Shown here: piece after piece, positions 54,236 to 64,000 of the stretch
Layout: the number at the start of each line of letters is the position of its first letter
How positions within the stretch are numbered: the first letter of the stretch is position 1
NCBI GenBank assembly: GCA_964598655.1
Contig: CAZRCT010000003.1
Span: 49,006-113,005 of the forward strand
DNA length: 64,000 nucleotides
DNA from: an uncultured Gemmatimonadaceae bacterium
GTDB lineage: Bacteria > Gemmatimonadota > Gemmatimonadetes > Gemmatimonadales > GWC2-71-9
Direction: 5' to 3'
Notes under the pieces: model-generated
Seen by the model: the letters and a program-made list of their open reading frames with translations, nothing else
Databases searched by the model: none
Told to the model about the DNA's origin: nothing
Position numbers and translations under genes: made by a program

Positions 54236-55249
54236 CTACATGGCGAGGCGTGGCAGGTCGCCGGCGCGGAGCAGGCCGGCGTCGGTGATGTAGCCAGTGA
54301 TCAGGTGGTGCGGGGTCACGTCGAAGGCCGGGTTCCAGACCGCCGCGGCCGGGGCGGCCACCGGCGTCCCGCCGATCCGCCGCACCTCCTCCGCCCGCCG
54401 CTCCTCGATGGGGATCGCGGGCCCGTCGGGCGTGGCGGGGTCGAAGGTGGAGCGCGGCGCCGCCACGTAGAAGGGGACGCCATGCGCGTGCGCGGCGAGC
54501 GCCACGGCGTAGGTGCCGATCTTGTTGGCCGTATCCCCGTTCAGGGCGATGCGGTCCGCCCCGACGATCACGCAGGTCACCCCGCCCCGCCGCAGCCGGC
54601 TCGCCGCCATGCCGTCGGTGATGACGGTGACCGGCACGCCGCCGCGGGTGAGTTCCCACGCCGTGAGCCGGCTCCCCTGCAGGAGCGGCCGGGTCTCGCA
54701 GGCCACCACGCTCACCGCCTGGTGCCGCGCGTGGGCCACGTACACCGGCGCGAGCGCCGTCCCCATGCCGCCGGTGGCGAGCGCGCCCGCGTTGCAGATG
54801 GTCATCACCGTGGCACCGGGGGGTAGCAGGCCGGCGCCCGCGGCCCCGATTGCCTCGCACATGGCCCGGTCCTCGGCCCAGATGGCCTCCGCCTCGGCGC
54901 GGACGGCGGCGGCCACGTCGCGGCGCTGCTGCGCGGCGGCGTGCACGGCGGCGCGCATGCGGCCCATGGCCCAGGGGAGGTTCACCGCGGTGGGGCGCGT
55001 GGCCTCGAGCTGGTCGCACGCCGCGAGCAGGCGGGCGGGGTCCGCCACCCCGTCCCGCAGGGCGAGGGTGACGCCGTAGGCCGCCGCCACCCCGATGAGG
55101 GGCGCGCCCCGCACGCGGAGCACCGAGATGGCCTCGGCCACCTCGTCCACCGTGGTGAGGGTCAGGTAGCGCTCCTCGCCGGGCAGGAGCGTCTGGTCGA
55201 GGATGCGGAGGGCGCCGTCGGGGGTGACGCCGAAGTGGGTGGGAAGCAT
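54236..55249 (-). CDS. mtnA: S-methyl-5-thioribose-1-phosphate isomerase
   Basis: 337 aa of the eIF-2B alpha/beta/delta-like family. Motifs: LRILDQTLLPGEERYL, VRGAPLIGVAAAYG, VGADRIALNGDTANKIGTY. Confidence 0.9.
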   Translation of the reverse strand: MLPTHFGVTPDGALRILDQTLLPGEERYLTLTTVDEVAEAISVLRVRGAPLIGVAAAYGVTLALRDGVADPARLLAACDQLEATRPTAVNLPWAMGRMRAAVHAAAQQRRDVAAAVRAEAEAIWAEDRAMCEAIGAAGAGLLPPGATVMTICNAGALATGGMGTALAPVYVAHARHQAVSVVACETRPLLQGSRLTAWELTRGGVPVTVITDGMAASRLRRGGVTCVIVGADRIALNGDTANKIGTYAVALAAHAHGVPFYVAAPRSTFDPATPDGPAIPIEERRAEEVRRIGGTPVAAPAAAVWNPAFDVTPHHLITGYITDAGLLRAGDLPRLAM

Positions 55250-55397
55250 GTGGGGAACTTAGCCCCCGCCCTGCCCGGCGTGAATGTGCCGCGCCCGGCG
55301 GGGCCGCCCGGCGCCACGCGCACCCCGCAGGCGGGCGGTGGCCCGATGGCTTAGCTTTCCGGCGCCCCAGCGTCCGTCCACCGAACCCCACCGGCCC

Positions 55398-56180
55398 ATG
55401 TCCTTCCAGACACTCGCCCTCGACCTGAACGATGGCCTGGCGGTCCTGACCGTGAACCGCCCCGACAAGCTCAACGCCCTCAACGACCAGGTGATTGGTG
55501 AACTCGGCCAGGCCGCGGCGGTGCTGGGGGACGACCCGGCGGTGCGGGGCGTGATCCTGACGGGCGCCGGCAGCAAGGCGTTCGTGGCCGGGGCGGACAT
55601 CAGCGAACTGGCCTCCCAGGGTCCGGCGGAGGGCAAGGCGCGCTCACTCCGCGGGCAGGCGGTGTTCCGGCGCTTCGAGGCCCTCCGCAAGCCCGTGGTG
55701 GCGGCCGTCAACGGCTTCTGCCTGGGCGGCGGGTGCGAGCTGGCCATGGCGTGCCACCTGCGCCTCGCCAGCGCGGACGCTCGGTTCGGCCAGCCCGAGG
55801 TGAAGCTCGGGATCGGCCCCGGGTATGGCGGGACGGTGCGGCTGCCCCGGCTGGTGGGCCGGGGCCGGGCGCTCGAGCTGCTCCTGACGGGGGCCATGAT
55901 CGATGCCGAGGAAGCGTGGCGGATCGGGCTCGTGAACCGGGTCGTGCCGGCCGAGGAGCTGCTGCCGGAGGCGGTGAAGCTGCTCCGGGGGATCCTCGCC
56001 CAGGGGCCCCTCGCGGTGGCCGCCGTGCTGGAGGCCGTGGATGCCGGGCTCGAGATGCCACAGGATGAGGCACTGCTCCTCGAGGCCAACCACTTCGGGC
56101 TCCTCTCCGCCACGGAGGACATGCGGGAGGGGATGGCGGCGTTCCTGGCCAAGCGGCCGGCCGCGTTCCGGTCGCGATGA
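55398..56180 (+). CDS. Enoyl-CoA hydratase/isomerase family protein
   Basis: The ATG at 55398 gives 260 aa. Motifs: LTVNRPDKLNALN, ILTGAGSKAFVAGADI, AAVNGFCLGGGCELAMACH. Confidence 0.9.
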   Translation: MSFQTLALDLNDGLAVLTVNRPDKLNALNDQVIGELGQAAAVLGDDPAVRGVILTGAGSKAFVAGADISELASQGPAEGKARSLRGQAVFRRFEALRKPVVAAVNGFCLGGGCELAMACHLRLASADARFGQPEVKLGIGPGYGGTVRLPRLVGRGRALELLLTGAMIDAEEAWRIGLVNRVVPAEELLPEAVKLLRGILAQGPLAVAAVLEAVDAGLEMPQDEALLLEANHFGLLSATEDMREGMAAFLAKRPAAFRSR

Positions 56181-56217
56181 GCTGCAATTTTCCCTCGGCA
56201 ACGGGTATTTTTCGGTG

Positions 56218-56673
56218 ATGTTTTGGGGGCCTCGCCGTTTCGCGTCCCGGACCGTGGGGTGGGTGCTTGCCGCCCTCTCCCTCGGCGCGTGCAACGACCG
56301 GGAGCGGCTCACCTTCAACGAGCCGGGCCCTCCCCCGGGCGGCGAGGGGCCGGTGATCACGATCGAGCGGCCCGGCCGGGACACCTCGGTGGTCGAGGGC
56401 CCGGCGGTGGTGGTGAGCGGGACGGTCCGGGATCCCGAGGGCGTGGACACGTTCTACGCCGAGGTGCTGGGCGGGGTCACCACCTTCCCGCCGTTTCCGG
56501 GCGACGATTCCCTGTTCGTCTTCGCGCTGCCGATCACCACGGCGGCGCAGGGCGGGGAGATCATCCAGGTGCGGCTCTACGCCACCGACGTGGCGGGGAA
56601 CCACAGCGATTCGGTGAGCCGGGTGATCATCGTGCTCCGGGACACCACGACGCCGCCGGCCGTGGAGCCGTAG
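56218..56673 (+). CDS. Lipoprotein with Ig-like beta domain
   Basis: The ATG at 56218 gives lipobox ALSLGAC. 151 aa with a beta-sandwich-like sequence (VVVSGTVRDPEGVDTFYAEV...YATDVAGNHSDSVSRVIIV). Confidence 0.6.
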   Translation: MFWGPRRFASRTVGWVLAALSLGACNDRERLTFNEPGPPPGGEGPVITIERPGRDTSVVEGPAVVVSGTVRDPEGVDTFYAEVLGGVTTFPPFPGDDSLFVFALPITTAAQGGEIIQVRLYATDVAGNHSDSVSRVIIVLRDTTTPPAVEP

Positions 56674-57761
56674 TGCGGCTGGCGCGCCTCACCGTCCGCG
56701 GATTCCGGAACCTGGCCGACGCCGACCTCGGGCTGCCCCCGGAGGGCCTGGCGCTGCTGGGGCGGAACGGCCAGGGCAAGACGAGCCTCCTCGAGGCCAT
56801 CGCGTACCCGGTGCTGTTCCGTTCCTTCCGCACCGCGCGCGACGGTGAGCTCGTCACCTTCGGGGGGACGGGCTTCCATGCCGGGCTCGGCTTCGAGCGT
56901 GGCGGCGCGTCGCGGCAGGTGGCGGTGACGTTCCGCGTCCTCGGGCGGCGGAAACAGCTCGAGCTCGATGGGGCCCCGGCCACCCGGGTGGTGGAAGCGG
57001 CGGGCGCGTGGCTCGGCGTGGTGTTCGCGCCCGAGGATGTCCGGCTGGCCTCGGGCCCCGCGGCGGGGAGGCGACTCTACCTCGACCGGACGCTGTCGCT
57101 GGCCGACCGCGGCTACCTCACCGCGCTGTCCCGCTACCGGGCGGCGCTGGCCCAGCGGAATGCGGCCCTGCGGCAGGGCCGGGGCGACCTGGCCCAGGCC
57201 TTCGACCGTCCGCTCGCCGAGGCGGGCGCCACCGTGGTGGCGGGCCGGCTGGCGTGGGTGGCGCGGCAGGCGGAACCGTTTGCCCGGGCCCTGGTGGCGC
57301 TGGGCGAGCAGGGCGGCGAGCCGGCGCTGGCGTACGAGGGCGACATGGAGCTGTCGGACCCGACGGCGTGGGCGCCGCGGCTCGAGCAGGCGCTGGCGCG
57401 GGACCTGGGCCGCGGCGTCACCACCGTCGGCCCGCACCGGGACGACCTGGTGCTCCGGCTCGACACCCGCCTGCTCCGCGACTACGGCTCCACGGGCCAG
57501 GTGCGGAGCGCGGCGATCGCGCTCAAGTTGCTCGAGCTCGAGACGCTGGAGGCGGCCACCGGCGAGGCCCCGGCGCTCCTGCTGGACGACGTGTTCGCCG
57601 AGCTGGACGCCGAGCGGCAGCGGCGGCTCGCGGCGCGGCTCTTCGGGGCGGCCCGCCGCTCGCAGGTGTTCATCACCGCGCCCCGGCCGGACGAGCTTCC
57701 GGAGGGCCTGGCCCTCCCCCGCTGGCAGGTCGAGGCGGGGCGCGTGGTGGCCCAGGACTGA
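56673..57761 (+). CDS. recF: DNA replication and repair protein RecF
   Basis: GTG at 56673 (TAGTG junction). Sequence RLARLTVRGFRNL..., Walker A GRNGQGKTSLLEAI and the C-terminal LLLDDVFAELD signature. Confidence 0.88.
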   Translation: MRLARLTVRGFRNLADADLGLPPEGLALLGRNGQGKTSLLEAIAYPVLFRSFRTARDGELVTFGGTGFHAGLGFERGGASRQVAVTFRVLGRRKQLELDGAPATRVVEAAGAWLGVVFAPEDVRLASGPAAGRRLYLDRTLSLADRGYLTALSRYRAALAQRNAALRQGRGDLAQAFDRPLAEAGATVVAGRLAWVARQAEPFARALVALGEQGGEPALAYEGDMELSDPTAWAPRLEQALARDLGRGVTTVGPHRDDLVLRLDTRLLRDYGSTGQVRSAAIALKLLELETLEAATGEAPALLLDDVFAELDAERQRRLAARLFGAARRSQVFITAPRPDELPEGLALPRWQVEAGRVVAQD

Positions 57762-57772
57762 CGGGGGTCGGG

Positions 57773-58099
57773 ATGTCGGATACACCCAGGCCGGTGCCGC
57801 TCGCCGAGGCGTTGCAGGCGTGGCTCAAGCGGAGCGGCATCGCCAAGCGCCTGGGCCAGGCAGGGGTGCTGGACGAGTGGGCCGAGCTGGTGGGCCCGCA
57901 GATTGCGCGGGTGACCGAGCCCGAATCGGTGAGCGCCGAGGGCGTCCTGCGGGTGCGGGTGCAGACGGCGGCGTGGGCCTCGGAGCTCTCCCTCATGACG
58001 CCGCAGATCCTGGCCCGCCTCAACAAGGGCCGGACGGGGCGGATCAAGGGGATCCGCTGGGTGGCAGGGAGCAGCGCCCCACCGGGCGAGGATCGGTAG
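57773..58099 (+). CDS. DUF721 (DciA-like) protein
   Basis: 108 aa in the typical position between recF and gyrB. Its sequence ...WAELVGPQIARVTEPESVSAEGVLRVRVQTAAWASELSLMTPQILARLN matches the DUF721 pattern. Confidence 0.8.
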   Translation: MSDTPRPVPLAEALQAWLKRSGIAKRLGQAGVLDEWAELVGPQIARVTEPESVSAEGVLRVRVQTAAWASELSLMTPQILARLNKGRTGRIKGIRWVAGSSAPPGEDR

Positions 58100-58120
58100 G
58101 CGGCGGCGTCCGCGCCGTGA

Positions 58121-60226
<2,106 letters not shown>

Positions 60227-60247
60227 GCGCCGGCCGGGCCAATGCGC

Positions 60248-60279
60248 GCGGGCCGCGTCCCTCCGGGGACGCGGCCCGC
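60248..60279 (+). terminator. Hairpin after gyrB
   Basis: GCGGGCCGCGTCCC-tccg-GGGACGCGGCCCGC: a 14-bp perfect stem between convergent genes. Confidence 0.55.
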
Positions 60280-60299
60280 GGTGCTTCCGGGGGCCGGGC

Positions 60300-61160
60300 T
60301 CAGGCCCGCACGGCGATCACCTCGAGGTACTCCGCCGCCACCCGCGTGGCACGGTCCCCGGCGGTGTTGCCCCGCGCCCAGAGGGCCGCCAGGTCGGCGG
60401 CGAACGCGGCCCGGGCATCCGGGTCGATCGCCGCGAAGGTGCGCACGGTGGGGCCGTAGCACTCGCGGAAGAGCTCGGCCACGCCGGCCGGAGTGTGCGG
60501 GTAGTCGAAGTGGAGCACCCGGCGGGTCTGGCCCAGGGCCGAGACCGCGGTGCCGAAGCGCTCGCGCACGGTGGCCTCGTCGCCCCAGAGCAGGGTGCTC
60601 GGGACGCCGGGGGGCGCCGGCACGCGGGCCACGTGGAGCCGGAGCATCTCGCCGATCAGCCCCTCGCGCGTCCAGTTGGCGAGGGCGATCCGGCCCCCGG
60701 GCCGGGTGACGCGGAGCAGCTCCGCCATGGCCCGCTCGGGCCGCGCCGCGAACATGACGCCGAACATGGAGACCACGGTGTCGAACGTCCCGTCGGCATA
60801 GGGGAGGGCCTCGGCATTCCCCTCGTCCAGCGCCACGCGCGTGCCCTCGGCGTCGGCGCGCTCGCGCAGGGTGGCCAGCAGGTTGGGCGCGATGTCGAGG
60901 CCGGTCACCCGCGCGCCGGCGCGCGCGGCGGGCAGCGTGAGGTTCCCGGTGCCGCAGGCCACGTCCAGCACCCGCTCGCCCCGGCGGAGCGCCAGGCGGC
61001 CGATGAACGCCTCCGCCTCGGCCTCGAAGCCCCGGGCGATCTGGTGAAAGTCGCCCGCGGTCCAGGTGAGGCGGGCGCGGGTGGTCAGCGGATCGTCGCC
61101 GGTCCCCGGGGGCGTGCTGGTGGCGGATGGGCGCCGGGGCGCGGTGGGCTGGGCGGTCAT
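60300..61160 (-). CDS. Class I SAM-dependent methyltransferase
   Basis: SAM-binding motif VLDVACGTGNLTL and DTVVSMFGVMF. The start is taken at the ATG at 61160 (MTAQPTAP...); the track ORF starts at 61181. Confidence 0.85.
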   Translation of the reverse strand: MTAQPTAPRRPSATSTPPGTGDDPLTTRARLTWTAGDFHQIARGFEAEAEAFIGRLALRRGERVLDVACGTGNLTLPAARAGARVTGLDIAPNLLATLRERADAEGTRVALDEGNAEALPYADGTFDTVVSMFGVMFAARPERAMAELLRVTRPGGRIALANWTREGLIGEMLRLHVARVPAPPGVPSTLLWGDEATVRERFGTAVSALGQTRRVLHFDYPHTPAGVAELFRECYGPTVRTFAAIDPDARAAFAADLAALWARGNTAGDRATRVAAEYLEVIAVRA

Positions 61161-61327
61161 GGGGCCGGACTCCAGGGGCAAGAGGGAACAGGCAGCACCA
61201 GGTCACAGTGGTCCTGCCTGGGAGAGCGCGGAACCGGCCCCGCGCACGACTTCTTGCCCCCGCCGCCCCCGATCCGTACACTGCTCCGATCCGTCCCCCT
61301 CCTGCCCCCAGGCCCCGCGGAGGCGCC

Positions 61328-62269
61328 GTGGACCCGCTCTCCGACGTGCTGCGCGCGGTGCGCCTGAACGGCGCCTTCTTCTACGCGGTCGAGGCCACGG
61401 CGCCCTGGAGCGTCGAGTCGCCGGCGGCGCGCCGGCTCGAGCCCCCGATCCTGCCGGGGTCGGACCACCTGATTGCCTATCACATCCTCACGGAGGGCCG
61501 CTGCTGGGCCGGGCTGCGCGACGGGCCGCCGGTCGAGCTCCAGGCCGGGGACGTGATCGTCTTCCCGCAGGGGGATGGGCACGTGCTGTCGCACGCGGCC
61601 GGGCAGCGGCTGCCGGGCGACACCCACGCGGCGAGCCCCGACTGCTTCCCCCACGTGGTGCGCGTCGGGGCGTCCGGGCCGCCGTCGGCCCGCTTTGTCT
61701 GCGGATTCCTCGGGTGTGACCGGCGCCCCTTCAACCCGGTGCTCGGCACCCTGCCCCGGATGCTGCACCAGCCGGGGCCGGCCGGGGGCTGGCTGGCCAC
61801 CTTCGCGCGCCAGTTGGTGGAGGAAACGCAGGCGCGGCGTGCCGGCGCCAGCGAGGTGCTCACGCGCCTGGCGGAGCTGATGTTCATCGAGGTGGTGCGC
61901 GAGCACCTGGCCCGGCTGCCGGAGGGCCAGACGGGCTGGCTGGCCGGCCTCCGGGACCCGGTGGTGGGCGCGGCCCTGGGCCGCCTGCATGCGGAGCCGG
62001 CCCGGGCGTGGACCCTGGACGCACTCGCGCAGGAGGTGGCGGCGTCGCGCTCCCGGCTGGCGGAGCGATTCACGGCGCTGGTGGGCCAGCCGCCGATGCA
62101 GTACCTGGCGCAGTGGCGGATGCAGCTGGCCGCGGCGCGGCTGGCGGAGGGCACCGCGAAGGTCGCGGCGATCGCCGCCGAGGTGGGCTACGACTCGGAG
62201 GCGGCGTTCAGCCGCGCGTTCAAGAAGATGGTGGGCGTACCCCCGGGGGCGTGGCGGCGGCGCGCCTGA
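61328..62269 (+). CDS. AraC family transcriptional regulator with N-terminal cupin domain
   Basis: GTG at 61328 (VDPLSDVLRAVRLNGAFFYAVEA...). C-terminal HTH: IAAIAAEVGYDSEAAFSRAFKKMVGVPPGAWRR. Confidence 0.88.
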   Translation: MDPLSDVLRAVRLNGAFFYAVEATAPWSVESPAARRLEPPILPGSDHLIAYHILTEGRCWAGLRDGPPVELQAGDVIVFPQGDGHVLSHAAGQRLPGDTHAASPDCFPHVVRVGASGPPSARFVCGFLGCDRRPFNPVLGTLPRMLHQPGPAGGWLATFARQLVEETQARRAGASEVLTRLAELMFIEVVREHLARLPEGQTGWLAGLRDPVVGAALGRLHAEPARAWTLDALAQEVAASRSRLAERFTALVGQPPMQYLAQWRMQLAAARLAEGTAKVAAIAAEVGYDSEAAFSRAFKKMVGVPPGAWRRRA

Positions 62270-62308
62270 GCCGGCCGGCCGAACTCCGGGAGGGAACGGC
62301 GGCCCGGG

Positions 62309-62530
62309 TCATTGCGGGGCGCCGGGCCCCCAGTCGCGCTCGTCCGCCTCGTTCGGGGGATGGGAGCCGAACTCCGGGTCCTGCACTTCCCGTTCGGCGG
62401 CCTCGAGCTCGTCCCGGTCGGGCGGCTCCACCGGGTCGAAGGGATCCTGGGCGCTCCCCCGGCGGGTGGGACCGATGAGCCAGACGAGCAGCATGGCGAC
62501 GAGGAAGGAGACGAACACCAGGCTCCACAT
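62309..62530 (-). CDS. Hypothetical small membrane protein
   Basis: 73 aa with an N-terminal TM helix (MWSLVFVSFLVAMLLVWLI) and an acidic tail. Lies 3 nt downstream of the phosphorylase gene. Confidence 0.5.
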   Translation of the reverse strand: MWSLVFVSFLVAMLLVWLIGPTRRGSAQDPFDPVEPPDRDELEAAEREVQDPEFGSHPPNEADERDWGPGAPQ

Positions 62531-62533
62531 GCC

Positions 62534-63928
62534 TCACCCCCCCGTCGGCTCCACGCCGGCGGCGGTGACCCGGCCCAGCACCAGCGGGAGCGGCGGCTCC
62601 GGCACCGCCTCCCCGATCACGATGGCGCGCTCGAGCGCGGCGAGCCCCTCGCTGATCCCGGCCGGGTCCCGCGCAAAGACGGACGCGAGCGGCTCCCCCT
62701 GCTGCACCCGCTGTCCCGGACGCACCGAGACGACGAAGCCCACGCTGTGGTCAATGGCGTCCCCGAGGGCGCGGCGGCCGCCGCCGAGCGCCACCACCGC
62801 CTCGCCGAGCCCGCGGGGCTCCACCCGCGCCACCACGCCGGCGCGCGGGGCCTCGAAGAGCTCCACCTCGCGCGCCTGGGGCAGCGCCGCGGGATCGTCC
62901 ACCAGGGCGGGGCTGCCGCCCTGCGCCTCGATGAGTTGCGCAAAGCGCTCCAGGGCCGCCCCGCTCGCCAGCGCCTCCTCGGCCCGTTCCCGCGCCGCCT
63001 CGAGGCCCCGGGCCACGCCGGCCGCCACCAGCATCTCCGCCGTCAGCTGGACCGCCAGCTCGCGCACGTCGGCCGGGCCCTCGCCGTCGAGCACCAGCAG
63101 CGCCTCCTCCACCTCGAGCGCGTTGCCGATGGCCCGGCCGAGCGGGCGGTCCATGGCGGTCACGAGCGCGGTGGTGCGGCAGCCGTGCGCCGCGCCGAGG
63201 CGGCACATCACGCGCGCCAGCTCGGTGGCCTGCGCCGGGTCGGGGAGGAAGGCGCCGGCGCCGGCCTTCACGTCGAGCACCAGCGCCGCGAGGCCCTCGG
63301 CCAGCTTCTTGGACATGATGCTGGCGGCAATGAGCGGGAGCGAGGGGACCGTGCCGGTCACGTCGCGGAGGGCGTAGAGCCGCCGGTCGGCGGGGGCGAT
63401 GGTCTCCGTCTGGCCGAACATCGCCACCCCGATCCGCGCCAGCTGCGCCTCCACCTCGGGGAGCGTGAGGTCGGTGCGGAAGCCGGGGATGGCCTCGAGC
63501 TTGTCGGTGGTGCCGCCCGTGTGGCCGAGGCCGCGGCCCGACATCATGGGCACGAGGAGGCCGCAGGCGGCGGCGAGGGGCGCCAGCACCAGCGAGACCT
63601 TGTCGCCGACGCCGCCGGTGGAGTGCTTGTCGGCGCGCGGCACGCCACCCGGGGCGGGCGTCGCGCGCTCCCCGGACTCGAGCATGGCGAGGGTGAGTTC
63701 CGCCAGCTCCTCGTCGGTGAGCCCCCGCCAGACCACGGCCATGAGCATGGCGGCCATCTGGTACTCGGGGATCCCGCCGTCGAGGTAGGCGGCGAGGCTG
63801 GCGCGCCATGCGCCCGGCGGGAGCGGCTGCCCGTCCCGCTTGCGGGCGATGAGCGTGGGGAAGTGCACGGGGACCGGGGAGGGCAAGGGAAGCCGGCGTA
63901 CCGGGAGCCTTGCGCGGCCCTCGGCCAT
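62534..63928 (-). CDS. deoA: Thymidine (pyrimidine-nucleoside) phosphorylase
   Basis: Motifs: LIARKRDG, AMLMAVVWRGLTDEE, DKHSTGGVGDK, SGRGLGHTGGTTDKLE. The exact start is uncertain (the N-terminal ~20 aa of the track ORF may not be translated). Confidence 0.9.
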   Translation of the reverse strand: MAEGRARLPVRRLPLPSPVPVHFPTLIARKRDGQPLPPGAWRASLAAYLDGGIPEYQMAAMLMAVVWRGLTDEELAELTLAMLESGERATPAPGGVPRADKHSTGGVGDKVSLVLAPLAAACGLLVPMMSGRGLGHTGGTTDKLEAIPGFRTDLTLPEVEAQLARIGVAMFGQTETIAPADRRLYALRDVTGTVPSLPLIAASIMSKKLAEGLAALVLDVKAGAGAFLPDPAQATELARVMCRLGAAHGCRTTALVTAMDRPLGRAIGNALEVEEALLVLDGEGPADVRELAVQLTAEMLVAAGVARGLEAARERAEEALASGAALERFAQLIEAQGGSPALVDDPAALPQAREVELFEAPRAGVVARVEPRGLGEAVVALGGGRRALGDAIDHSVGFVVSVRPGQRVQQGEPLASVFARDPAGISEGLAALERAIVIGEAVPEPPLPLVLGRVTAAGVEPTGG

Positions 63929-64000
63929 GGCCAGAGTTTTCCCCTTCCCGCGTGCCCGCGCAAGGGTGCGCGATCCCCCACGACCGGACCGGGCCTCATG

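Overview
High-GC (about 70% by eye) bacterial chromosomal window, almost entirely coding: about 62 protein genes. I recognised no rRNA, tRNA, CRISPR array, transposase or integrase. The gene content (ECF sigma paired with a Ser/Thr kinase, many multiheme cytochromes, PspA) resembles Gemmatimonadota or Acidobacteriota genomes, but that is only a guess. Housekeeping genes include uvrA, recF-DUF721-gyrB, sdaAB-sdaAA, glpK, mtnA, thymidine phosphorylase, DPP-IV peptidase and enoyl-CoA hydratase. Most unusual: 3699-7706 (reverse strand) holds 13 back-to-back paralogs of a small protein (83-123 aa). Each has an N-terminal membrane helix, a coiled coil and a near-invariant [ED]R[LVM][DE]F[TA]ER[LM][LM] C-terminal motif. 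Their stop and start codons mostly overlap or touch. They are followed on the same strand by a YbjN/CesT-like protein, PspA and a terminator hairpin. I read this as a greatly expanded, PspB-like but unnamed, membrane-stress (Psp-type) module. Second: two translationally coupled multiheme cytochrome clusters (37441-44210 and 46409-52599) carry 81 CxxCH motifs in five proteins. Each cluster has its own predicted outer-membrane beta-barrel, like porin-cytochrome electron conduits. They are flanked by a ccmF-ccmH operon and a ccmE whose heme-binding His is replaced by Cys. Many long ORFs in the six-frame track are antisense or out-of-frame artefacts of the GC content and were rejected.
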